A DNA stretch of 50,620 nt, from NCBI GenBank assembly GCA_003707115.1, contig PPNB01000040.1, positions 1-50,620 on the forward strand, read 5' to 3'. This document shows, one piece after another, positions 20,248-29,641 of the stretch. Under the pieces are notes generated by a model that saw only the letters and a list, made by a program, of their open reading frames with translations, was not told where the DNA came from and searched no databases. Origin of the DNA: Tortispora ganteri. Lineage: Eukaryota. Positions within the stretch are counted from its first letter, which is position 1; the number at the start of each line of letters is the position of its first letter. The position numbers and the translations under genes are program-made.

Positions 20248-20403
20248 AATGTTTTTTTTTGTTCCTTTATTCGTACTCTATATGCATTAAAGGTGACGTT
20301 ATTGCCAGTGGTTTCAGGCTTCTCTGTAAGGGGCTTTGGTGAAAGGGAAGGTAAATAAGAATTAGTCCTCCCAAAAAAGTGAACCCAGTGGAAACATATT
20401 CAA

Positions 20404-23154
20404 TCAATGTTTGAGATCTTCACTCCAGCTTGTCAGTTTAGATAAAACCGCTAAATGTCTTAATGTAGGTCGACCATGAGGACAGTTCCAGGGTCTTTTT
20501 AGTGTGCCGAGGTTGCTCACTATCTGTTTCATCGTTGACATGTTCAAAGGTTTGCCAATCATAATGCTGCTTCGACACGCTCGCATCGCAAGCATAGATC
20601 GAACTTTAGAACATCTCACCATCATCCCGGGATTCTCCCATGCCAGAGACAATATTTCCTCTAAATCTTTGTCATCAAACACTGTTTCCTTGCTCAAAGG
20701 ACGTCGCAGTAACCTGCACCGTTTTCCCGGTTCTAAGGTCTCATCATACTCGATTACAAACCCGTTAGCTTCCAGTATATGTCCAATATCAGCGACTACC
20801 AGTTCTTCAATTGGTGTGAGATGCAGCTCTTTAGGAACAACAAGAGGCTGAGAGTGTATCTTGGTCTTTGCGGCGAGCTCTTCAAAGTTATACTTTTCGT
20901 CGCTCGCGTGCTGATCCACAATAAATAAATCCTTTATTTCTCTGTTTTTTTCGTCTTTTCTTTTCCGCAAAGTCAAAATAAACCCAAGATTGAACTGTCC
21001 AACTATTTCCATTTGACTAAACTCAGATAATGACAATTTAAGCGTGAGCTCGCCTTCAGCTGCTTCATCCACTATATCTGTCTTCATCACTTTCATGTCA
21101 TGCTGGGTATCTTCTTCTGCTGACATAATAAGCCTTTCATAGCCTTCTTTTATTTTTCTAGTATCCACATCAAGCTTTTGAGAAACTCCAAACGCACTCT
21201 CAAACCCTTTCAGTCCTTTAATCTTGCTGTCTAAGATAGGTCCACTATTGGTTACCTGCGGCTCATGTGAACTTTTCCGAACTTTTGTTGGTCGACTGTC
21301 AAACAAAGGTACCTCCTTCGGTACACGTTTCTCTGTCTGGGTATCTTCCGGTTCCCGCTCCTCTGATTCGTCCTTGTCTTCACTGTCTTGTGATTCAGCA
21401 TTATGTTCTATGCATGTGCGCCTTCCTGGCGATTCAATATTCTTGTCCCTGATTGGGGTATCTGGCTCTGAAGAATTCAAATAGACTTCTGTTAAGGGTT
21501 CTTTTTGAGTATGACTATCGCGAAAATCAATAGAATCAATGGAATCTGCAGATTGGCGCGGGTCTGCTGTATCTTGATAGATTTCCTTGTTGGAAGCCTC
21601 GGTAGAGTCAATGACGTTTAATCGATCTGAAGCGAAGTTGTTCGATGTATCCATTATTTCAGTTATTACGTAACCACTTTTTATTGGCCGACCGCTTTGC
21701 GCAACCAGTTCCTGCTCTTGATCACCTTCTTCTTCTTGTTCGTTCACTTCTTCTATATTATCTTCAGGTTCTTGTTCGTTTTGCTCTTGTTCGTTTTGCT
21801 CTTGTTCGTTTTGCTCTTGTTCGTTTTGTTCTTGCTCGTTTTGTTCTGATTCATTTAAGTCTACTCGGCGACGCCGCTTTTCTCCAGTCGGGTTACTTAC
21901 TTGGACATTTAAGTCTACTGAATTCAGAACAACTTCAGTATCTGAACTCTTATGAGAAGAGTTCATTATCGAGTTCGTAAGGACACTTGCTGACGAATTA
22001 GAAAACGAACTAATATCTGCACTGGGTTCTGCATTCGAAGAATTAGATGAAGGACGATTAACTGACTGTGGAGCTTGTTTCATCGATTCTGAAAATATTG
22101 CGACCAAGGAGCTTGAAATTGCTTCAAGTATCTCTCCTTCGTTGTGGATAAGCACAGTTCGTTTATCCGGTGACACATTTACATCATAGTAGTTCGTATC
22201 CAGTAATACATTAAGCACAACGAAAGGATATTGGACAGGATTGAATGACTTGTATACTTCATTGACAGTTTTCGATAGCCTTTGCAAGGTTATTGGCCTA
22301 GAATTTATGAAATAGAACTGTCTGTCTGAAGAAGACTTTCCGTAGCCCAATAACGGCCTGGATATGTATCCCTGAATAGTGACATTACGCTCCTCAGGCT
22401 GCCCTAAAACTGATTGTAGATGTACAGGTAGCTTGACTAGAACGGGAATAGAGTGATCGACCTCAAGTAGATAGTCCATTTCGGAGGCCGAGAATATCTG
22501 TTGAATCACATCAGATGTCTTGCCCTTACCTCTCGTCGTAAACATGACATTTTTCTTACCTGAAGAAGTTATATGCACAACGGAAAATCTAACATTTGGA
22601 TTTATCAGCGCATACGCCTGCAGTACGCTAGAGGCTTTGAGAATGTCGCGTTTAGCAGATTTCTCAAAGGCTTTGCGGCGTACTGGTAGCGTATGGAACA
22701 GATCAGTCACAGTTATAGTTGTTCCCTTAGTTGCCGAAGTGGGCGTCCTTGTAGCAATAGTCCCATCTGACTTGAACATGGCTTTGATACCTAATGGAGT
22801 TGATTGTTGTGTGGCGGTGACTACTTCGATATTGGCTAAAGCGGTCAACGAACTCACAGCTTCACCTCGGAACCCATAAGTCTTCACAGTCTCGAGATCT
22901 TCAAAAGACTCAAGCTTTGATGTGTAATATTTTAACGCGAACTTCTCAAGATCTTGCTCAGATATGCCATCGCCATTGTCGCTAACTTGTATGAAATCGA
23001 GACCATAGTTGCGAAACTTGACATCAATGGAAGTAGCATGCGCATCAAGGCTATTCTCTACAAGTTCTTTTGCTGCAGATAAAAGATCAGTAACAACCTG
23101 ACCAGACGTGATTTTGTGCACGCTATCTGCACCTATTGGCTTTAATAATGTCAT
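20404..23154 (-). CDS. PMS1: MutL-alpha endonuclease subunit (yeast Pms1 / human PMS2)
   Basis: KELVENSLDA, DNGDG, YGFRGEA, DQHASDEKYNFE endonuclease motif, ACR and CPHGRP. Confidence 0.96.
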   Translation of the reverse strand: MTLLKPIGADSVHKITSGQVVTDLLSAAKELVENSLDAHATSIDVKFRNYGLDFIQVSDNGDGISEQDLEKFALKYYTSKLESFEDLETVKTYGFRGEAVSSLTALANIEVVTATQQSTPLGIKAMFKSDGTIATRTPTSATKGTTITVTDLFHTLPVRRKAFEKSAKRDILKASSVLQAYALINPNVRFSVVHITSSGKKNVMFTTRGKGKTSDVIQQIFSASEMDYLLEVDHSIPVLVKLPVHLQSVLGQPEERNVTIQGYISRPLLGYGKSSSDRQFYFINSRPITLQRLSKTVNEVYKSFNPVQYPFVVLNVLLDTNYYDVNVSPDKRTVLIHNEGEILEAISSSLVAIFSESMKQAPQSVNRPSSNSSNAEPSADISSFSNSSASVLTNSIMNSSHKSSDTEVVLNSVDLNVQVSNPTGEKRRRRVDLNESEQNEQEQNEQEQNEQEQNEQEQNEQEPEDNIEEVNEQEEEGDQEQELVAQSGRPIKSGYVITEIMDTSNNFASDRLNVIDSTEASNKEIYQDTADPRQSADSIDSIDFRDSHTQKEPLTEVYLNSSEPDTPIRDKNIESPGRRTCIEHNAESQDSEDKDESEEREPEDTQTEKRVPKEVPLFDSRPTKVRKSSHEPQVTNSGPILDSKIKGLKGFESAFGVSQKLDVDTRKIKEGYERLIMSAEEDTQHDMKVMKTDIVDEAAEGELTLKLSLSEFSQMEIVGQFNLGFILTLRKRKDEKNREIKDLFIVDQHASDEKYNFEELAAKTKIHSQPLVVPKELHLTPIEELVVADIGHILEANGFVIEYDETLEPGKRCRLLRRPLSKETVFDDKDLEEILSLAWENPGMMVRCSKVRSMLAMRACRSSIMIGKPLNMSTMKQIVSNLGTLKRPWNCPHGRPTLRHLAVLSKLTSWSEDLKH
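21770..21846 (-). repeat. 15-nt in-frame minisatellite, about 5 copies, encoding (EQNEQ)n in the Pms1 linker
   Basis: Repeated TCTTGTTCGTTTTGC unit on the + strand. Confidence 0.9.
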
Positions 23155-23175
23155 TATTTATAGTATAAGTAAAAA

Positions 23176-23251
23176 ACGCGGTCAATGTCAATATGCCGTT
23201 TTAATAGGCTTTTGACCAAATCAAAAGGTAAAATGTCCCAAATTGACGCGT
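23176..23251. promoter_or_regulatory. MCB elements in the PMS1 promoter
   Basis: ACGCG at 23176-23180 and ACGCGT at 23246-23251 in an AT-rich 149-nt intergenic region. Confidence 0.6.
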
Positions 23252-23303
23252 TAGGCTCTAGTTAAGTGTTACACTCACATTTCTACTCCAATTCTGCCAT
23301 ATG

Positions 23304-26300
23304 CTATTTATACATTTGATTTAACATATAAAGGTCAGTCAGTTGTAAATTCAATGCAGTGACCCATTGTTCACGTTCTTGGTAAGATCGGGCCATGAAT
23401 ATCATCGTCCTCTGTGCCTTTAACAGCTTCTGCGCCGCCTTGACACGTCTCCGTTCCTGACTGCGTCTATGTGGCATGTTGGGCTTGCCATTCCATAGCA
23501 TAAAACTGCGTTCGTAATCCTCATCCATAGACATAATACCGTCCTTGTATATCCGTGGAACTATGCGAGTACCCGGATGTAACGCATCCAGAGCCTCTTT
23601 TTGGGGTACAAAGTAGTCGCTCGTACTGATTCCGGAAACAACATAAGAATCACGCAGATCGACAATCGCATCTAAGTGGTGCACTGCGCTTTTCTGACCC
23701 TTGCACGTCCTGTGAGAAAATAACACCATAACTCCGCGACAGAGTAGCACATAATAAGGTACAAAAGTCTCGTTTCTATTAAACTTTCGGTACAAGATGC
23801 CGTGCAGTTGAACGGTGCGACATCCAAGAGCTAAACACATATGCGTCGTCATAGGATTCGCCATAGCTTGTGTCATTTCCCACTGAGAAGCGTCTCGTCG
23901 AAACTGGGTTTCTAGCTGTGGATCGATCTTACACCGATCAAGATTCTCTTTGTGTATAGTCTGCGCTAGTATCACATCCTCGCGAATACGTGCTTTCCAG
24001 TAGTTCACAAGCCCATATAGTTTCTCTATCCATAGATCACAGCAGTCAGCGTTCTCGCATTTCAGCAAAATGTTAGCTCCACTTTCTAATCTTATTCGCA
24101 AAATGCTTTTTTCTCGGTTAGCAACTTCAGATATAGTATCTAGGCTCGCCTTGCGGGGAGGTTTTAACTGGTTACCTAAAACAGAATAAAGCTGCTCAGT
24201 TGTGCTCATCTTATCGAGCAGATCTTCACCTTTGTCCTCAAATCGCTCAATGGCAGCTACCTCTGTTGAATCAATAAATGCGGAAACGTTAAGAATTTGT
24301 GCCAGCCGTCTATTTTTTTCGGCGCACAATTTGTTATCCATGTCATAGGCCGTTTCTGCTGTGGTTTCAGATTCGTGTCGATGTTCGTACCATTCGATTT
24401 CTCCTAACTGATTCAGCGGGCACCAATCGATCAGGTTCTCCAGCTGTACTCGATTGGCTATATCATCAATAGTAATAGGATTATAGTCGTTTAGCAAACT
24501 CTCTGGAAGAGGCGGCAGAGCATCCTTAGCCTGAGCAAAGCAAATAAAGCCGTCCACCGTGAACATGTAATGCTTATGCATGAAAACCTCTCTTAGGATG
24601 CGATTTTTAGCTTGTGCTTTAGAAATGCAGATAACAAACCCTTCTACAGGAGGTGGTTCTAAAAGAGTAACGTTATGACTGGATATGTAAGTCGGATAAT
24701 GAACTCGGGCACGCAGTTCAAGATTAAACTGTTGACGTAAAGCCCGCGTGCCCAGTATACGTTCACTAAATGGACCATATACCCACTCCAAGCAGTCAAA
24801 TCTTTTCCAGGCAAGGCCAACGGATTCTTTGAGCAAGAAAGCCTTAACAGCGGATTCGAATTGTGGGAGACGAGATACATGAGATAGAACACGGCTGATC
24901 AAATAGGATGTAAAATCGGATTCACTGTGTTCAGAATGCTTTGAAGGTTTGAAAAATTTTCGAAACTTCTTTCGTGATAGTTTAATGCGCAAGGTAAGAT
25001 CAATATCAGGAACAGTAATGAAGAAATCAGATTTTGGTTTCCATCCAAACACTTCTGAGAAGAAGGCATACCATTCAATGCATACAGCGGGTGAAGTGTG
25101 CTTTAATATAAAGATCTCAATTTCAGATTCCTTGCAGTTCCAAACTGCAAAAGATTTGTCTAGTGCCGAGTAGAGGTTGGCTCCTGATTGTCCAGGTCCT
25201 ATATTAACAGTGAAACGAGGCTTCTTGGGTTTATAGCGTGAGAGAAGGGAATTAGTCTCCATACTGTAAAACTCAAGACGTATAGGTGTATCTTTGTTTC
25301 CTGCGAAAAGTGCTAAAAGGGCGTATTCCTGAAACCGAGACGCAACTCTGGTGTCTGTAGCCTCATACTCATTGAAGTCTGTAGGAAAGTTCTTGCGACT
25401 AGCAGTTTTGCGTACCATTAAAAATTTAGCAGCCTTTATTATTTCACCCGGACGTCGAGTTCGCAGATAGTGCCATGACCCGAGATTGCCCCAGTCTCGT
25501 TTAGCATGCTTCTTTGAAGCACTCTTGAACAGATTTTCGAAGTCTATGTAACCGTCAGCAGGAGCAGTAAGAGTAGATGCCAGAATGGGTTTTGCCTCCA
25601 TAGTAGGATTACAAATACTTGGAGAGAAATGCAAGTCAGATAGAGTAGGATGTGATACGTCTGACATTGGAAGAAGTCCATCAGAAGTGAAGTTGAGATG
25701 CAAGCGGGAGCTTTGAACAGACAAATGTGAGGAGCGCATTGAATGACGGTCGGGAAGCTGCTCGTGCGTACGAGAGCACGAAGATGCAGTATAAAATGAA
25801 CGTAGGCTTGTGTTAGACCCGTAGCTGCCATCTGATAAAGGTTGGGCAAGTTCGCCAATCGGACTAAGCGGTTGCGGTATATCAGTTTGTACGTTGTCCG
25901 CATGCTCATCCAGAATCGTCCTATCTAGATAGCTATGGCGGTGCATATTCTGGTAGTCTGATAGTAGAGGTAGAGATGATGAAGGAGAGTTAGAGTGCTG
26001 GTCATTTTGTGAAACTTCATTGAGAGGATCAAGCGGTTCAGGCAGATCATCGTCATCTGAAGCGAGATCGTCGCCGTCACCGTCGTCTGAATATTCAAGA
26101 CTTTCTGGCAGCTCAAAATCTAGTAAAGATATAATGTTGCCTTGACAGAGCAAATGCACAATTTCGTCTTCGGTCTTATCCTTAAGATGGTCAGATAACG
26201 GGCCCACAGGACGTTGGACCAATGCTGCATGGTTGTAGGTGAGAATGCTTGATTTGGGGAAATAGCTGCCTGACCTGGATTTGTCAATCCAAGCATTGAG

Positions 26301-26474
26301 CCGCTTTTTTAGCCAATCTCTCGGGACAGCGCCTATGAGAATGCATTTCGCTGTTGAACTGACATGTGAAGGCGTCGAATATTTCAACATGGAGTGCATG
26401 TAAGGCGCAGGCTCGCTGGGAAGCGGTGGCACAATGTCATCATTTGAAATATCATTAATTTCGTTATGGTTCAT
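23304..26474 (-). CDS. SPO71: Sporulation PH-domain protein Spo71/Mug56
   Basis: N-terminal ILIGAVPRDWL, NLYSALDKSFAVW, GLAWKRFDCLEW, LELRARVHYPT...EPPPVEGF, and FMARSYQEREQWV. Confidence 0.85.
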   Translation of the reverse strand: MNHNEINDISNDDIVPPLPSEPAPYMHSMLKYSTPSHVSSTAKCILIGAVPRDWLKKRLNAWIDKSRSGSYFPKSSILTYNHAALVQRPVGPLSDHLKDKTEDEIVHLLCQGNIISLLDFELPESLEYSDDGDGDDLASDDDDLPEPLDPLNEVSQNDQHSNSPSSSLPLLSDYQNMHRHSYLDRTILDEHADNVQTDIPQPLSPIGELAQPLSDGSYGSNTSLRSFYTASSCSRTHEQLPDRHSMRSSHLSVQSSRLHLNFTSDGLLPMSDVSHPTLSDLHFSPSICNPTMEAKPILASTLTAPADGYIDFENLFKSASKKHAKRDWGNLGSWHYLRTRRPGEIIKAAKFLMVRKTASRKNFPTDFNEYEATDTRVASRFQEYALLALFAGNKDTPIRLEFYSMETNSLLSRYKPKKPRFTVNIGPGQSGANLYSALDKSFAVWNCKESEIEIFILKHTSPAVCIEWYAFFSEVFGWKPKSDFFITVPDIDLTLRIKLSRKKFRKFFKPSKHSEHSESDFTSYLISRVLSHVSRLPQFESAVKAFLLKESVGLAWKRFDCLEWVYGPFSERILGTRALRQQFNLELRARVHYPTYISSHNVTLLEPPPVEGFVICISKAQAKNRILREVFMHKHYMFTVDGFICFAQAKDALPPLPESLLNDYNPITIDDIANRVQLENLIDWCPLNQLGEIEWYEHRHESETTAETAYDMDNKLCAEKNRRLAQILNVSAFIDSTEVAAIERFEDKGEDLLDKMSTTEQLYSVLGNQLKPPRKASLDTISEVANREKSILRIRLESGANILLKCENADCCDLWIEKLYGLVNYWKARIREDVILAQTIHKENLDRCKIDPQLETQFRRDASQWEMTQAMANPMTTHMCLALGCRTVQLHGILYRKFNRNETFVPYYVLLCRGVMVLFSHRTCKGQKSAVHHLDAIVDLRDSYVVSGISTSDYFVPQKEALDALHPGTRIVPRIYKDGIMSMDEDYERSFMLWNGKPNMPHRRSQERRRVKAAQKLLKAQRTMIFMARSYQEREQWVTALNLQLTDLYMLNQMYK

Positions 26475-26965
26475 TTTTCTCTACATTTCTCTAAAGATCA
26501 ATATGCACTCAAAATAGTTTATCCTGTTCAAGGCTACTAACAAAGTGGTAAATGTGTAAATATTGTGTGATTGGTTAGTAGTGATATATATTACATAGTA
26601 ATGTAATTTTAAAGTACAATAACAACCAATCAGGAACCGTAATTGGTTACTAAGCGTTAATCAATCTTTATACTATGGGCCATATGGTAACGCGCTGGGT
26701 GAAAAAAACAAGGGGCATTCACGCGCACAAACCGCTTTGCTTTTTTCAGTACCATCTCATTTATCTACCTTTGTTTGTCAAATCCCCCCCCTTTTTTACT
26801 TGTTTTTGGTGCAGGAATTAATAAGGCTGCAACTTTTTAATCTTGTCAACTCTTCTTGTTCTACTTTGAACAATCACAGTCTCACATTCGGCAATCCATA
26901 GGTTTAGACTCCTGATTCTGATCGATTGCAGCTCTAACTGCAGAATTACTGCACGCTAATCTCGC

Positions 26966-29281
26966 ATGGCTTCGCCTTCAACATTTACTGCTCCACAGTC
27001 GAATGGTGTTATTGCGCCACCAGCTCCGCCGTCTAGACCGGCGCAACAAGTCTCGCCTATATACACAGCTATCTATTCCGGCATACATGTACTCGAAATG
27101 ACAATAGATGGCGTGCCAGTAATGAGGAGACTAAAGGACTCATGGTTCAACGTTACACAAATATTAAAGGTTGCAGGCGTAGAGCGTGGACGTCGAATGC
27201 GTATTCTGGAAAGAGACGTCGTATTGGGCGAGCATGAGAAAGTGCAGGGCGGGCACGGTCGTTATCAAGGAACTTGGATTCCTATAGACCGTGCACGGTC
27301 TATCTGCTCAGATTTTTCAATACTTGATTTCATGAATCCTTTGCTTAACGCCAACCCTGAACTTAAGTATCCCACTAGGGAAGAACTAAGCATAGGCTCA
27401 ATTACCCGAAGAGAACGGAGACCCTCCTCTTCGAAATCCACTAACAAATCGAATCCAGGTTCGCTGTTCAACAGTCCCTTATCCGATATCAATATACATT
27501 CTCCGACAAATGGATCTCTGCTGAAAACTCCCTTGTCTGCTAGCGCGTCTGCTGCCTTGGCTGCTCTCGGAAAGTCACAACAGACTCCTCCTAACTACGT
27601 CTCGCCTAATCCAAACACCCCGCGTTATAATGCAGATGGACTTGCTGCTACATCGTCATCTGTCATGACAATGAGTAGCCAACAGCAACAGCAGGCTGCT
27701 GCTCACTCGCTACTGCCCAGTGTATCTCTACAACCAGCAACTCCCTTCCAGCAAGCCCCTAGTGAACTCAAGTCACCTTTGTCTAACGGTCTTGAACCTC
27801 CTAAGAAACGGCAGAGAAACGATGATGAAGTAGTTTTAGATCTGCCTCAAAGAGCACTAGAACCTCTTTCTCTAGTAGGAACTTCTAATTTCGAACAAAG
27901 CAAGGAATTACTCACTGATATATTTCTCGATAACAATGCAGCAAGTCTGAAAGATGTGCTCAAGGCAAGTCAGAACGCTACAATACATTTTGATGTACCT
28001 ATTGACGATCTTGGACATACAGCTTTGCACTGGGCTGCTGCACTGGGAAGAGAGTCTCTTGTTAGGGAGCTAATTGCCAATGGCGCTAACTCATGCAGAG
28101 GGAACTACGCAGGTGAAACACCTTTAATGCGCGCAGTACTTGTCACGAACAATTTTGATCTCTCTATCTTTCCTCAAATGCTTCATCATCTAGCTCAATC
28201 TTTGATCATCGTTGATAAGTCTGGAAGGACGGTGTTGCATCACATAGCTTTGACTGCGGGTATAAAGGGACGAAGTACTGCAAGTAGATACTATTTAGAG
28301 AGTCTATTTGAATGGCTTGTTAAACATGGAGCTTCAGGGCCTGCCAGGGGATTAAACCTAGGTCGATTTGTCAACCTAGTCTGTAATGCTAAGGACAGAA
28401 ATGGTGATACTGCGTTGAATATTGCGTCACGTGTTGGCAATAAAAGCATTGTGCACCAGCTTCTAGAAGTTGGCGCGGACCCTCATATCCCTAACAGAGC
28501 AGGTATAAGAGCTACAGATTTTGGAATAGGGCACCTGCTCGATAAGAGCGCTGCTGTGAATTCGCAATCTTTAGAAAATGGCGGCAGATACTCTCAAGAA
28601 GATCAAGACAGTTCTCGTGTTTCTGGCACTAGTTTAGCAGCTACAGCAGCTGCGGCAACAGCACGGATTACGCCATCAACTCTTAGCAAATCTGAAGATA
28701 TTATCACTGCAATGAAGTCTTTAATAACAAACCTAAACGACGACTTTAAAGCAGAGATAGGCAGAAAACAAGAGGCGATTGACAAAGTGCACAGCAATCT
28801 TCGAGATTTATCTTCTAAACTAGGAATATACCGTTCAGGCGCGGAGTTGGTCAAGTCGAAAACAAACAAGCTGGCCGATCTCAAGCAACAGGTGCAGAAC
28901 CTTGAACGAGCTCTGCAAGTAGAGGACGCTGAGTTTAGGCAAAAAAACCCCAATTCAGAAGCTATTACGCAAGCTTTCCGAGGAGAATTTGATGCTGATC
29001 AGCCTTTCAGAAACAGCGAGGGGTTGCCGTTGCCTGTCCTGCGTGCGCGAGTTGCTGCGTATCGGGCCAATCGGGACATTTTGCGTGATCTTGCTTCACA
29101 ATTACAGAGCCGATCTTCTGAACTGGAATCTAAATATCGAAAGGTCGTTTCGCTGTGCACAGGTGTTGAAGAGGGACGTGTAGATGCTCTTCTGGAAGGA
29201 CTGCTACATGCCGTGGAAAGCGATTCAGATCTTATTGATACGTCTCGAATTGCATCGTTTCTTCAAAGAGTGTCTTCCTGA
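26966..29281 (+). CDS. SWI6: G1/S transcription factor (APSES/KilA-N plus ankyrin repeats), Swi6/Cdc10-type
   Basis: KilA-N domain (HEKVQGGHGRYQGTWIP) and ankyrin repeats (GHTALHWAAALG, GDTALNIASRVG). HHIALTAGIKGRSTASRYYLE and the C-terminal KYRKVVSLCTGV resemble Cdc10/Swi6 more than Mbp1/Swi4. Confidence 0.75.
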   Translation: MASPSTFTAPQSNGVIAPPAPPSRPAQQVSPIYTAIYSGIHVLEMTIDGVPVMRRLKDSWFNVTQILKVAGVERGRRMRILERDVVLGEHEKVQGGHGRYQGTWIPIDRARSICSDFSILDFMNPLLNANPELKYPTREELSIGSITRRERRPSSSKSTNKSNPGSLFNSPLSDINIHSPTNGSLLKTPLSASASAALAALGKSQQTPPNYVSPNPNTPRYNADGLAATSSSVMTMSSQQQQQAAAHSLLPSVSLQPATPFQQAPSELKSPLSNGLEPPKKRQRNDDEVVLDLPQRALEPLSLVGTSNFEQSKELLTDIFLDNNAASLKDVLKASQNATIHFDVPIDDLGHTALHWAAALGRESLVRELIANGANSCRGNYAGETPLMRAVLVTNNFDLSIFPQMLHHLAQSLIIVDKSGRTVLHHIALTAGIKGRSTASRYYLESLFEWLVKHGASGPARGLNLGRFVNLVCNAKDRNGDTALNIASRVGNKSIVHQLLEVGADPHIPNRAGIRATDFGIGHLLDKSAAVNSQSLENGGRYSQEDQDSSRVSGTSLAATAAAATARITPSTLSKSEDIITAMKSLITNLNDDFKAEIGRKQEAIDKVHSNLRDLSSKLGIYRSGAELVKSKTNKLADLKQQVQNLERALQVEDAEFRQKNPNSEAITQAFRGEFDADQPFRNSEGLPLPVLRARVAAYRANRDILRDLASQLQSRSSELESKYRKVVSLCTGVEEGRVDALLEGLLHAVESDSDLIDTSRIASFLQRVSS

Positions 29282-29354
29282 ATGCGAGTCTAAGACTGCA
29301 AAGAAGCCTCTTAGTTATTGTATTTTAATGAACAATTTTTTTTTCGGGTATTTT

Positions 29355-29493
29355 ACGCTACAGTTTGCCCTCTGCCTCGCTCGACTGTGCTCAATAATAG
29401 CGCAGTCTTGAGCTGGATAGCATCTTATGGTGCTAATGGGCTAGATCGAACTTAAGTACTTCATTGAGTATACCGGCGTTCGTATTGTAGCGT
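29355..29493 (+). ncRNA. Candidate structured RNA element of unknown class (SWI6 3'UTR or independent ncRNA)
   Basis: Six nested complementary segments identified by eye. G-U pairs favour the + strand. Confidence 0.35.
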
Positions 29494-29547
29494 CTGTATA
29501 ATTAGATAGTACTACATTCATTAATAGTAAGTATTATTCTCCATAAC

Positions 29548-29623
29548 GTTATAAATATTCGCTCTTGAGTCATTTTGTAAATGTTATAAATATTGAAAGT
29601 TCATTCTTGAGTCTTTTGCAAAT
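29548..29623. repeat. Imperfect tandem duplication (35/41 nt) in the SWI6-PSD1 terminator region
   Basis: GTTATAAATATT...TCTTGAGTC(A)TTTTG(T/C)AAAT occurs twice, at 29548-29582 and 29583-29623. Confidence 0.7.
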
Positions 29624-29641
29624 CGGCAAAAAGTGCACTTT

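Noticed and set aside
29440..29455. B-box-like GTTCGATC on the - strand suggesting a tRNA
   Set aside because: No cloverleaf, acceptor stem or properly spaced A box.
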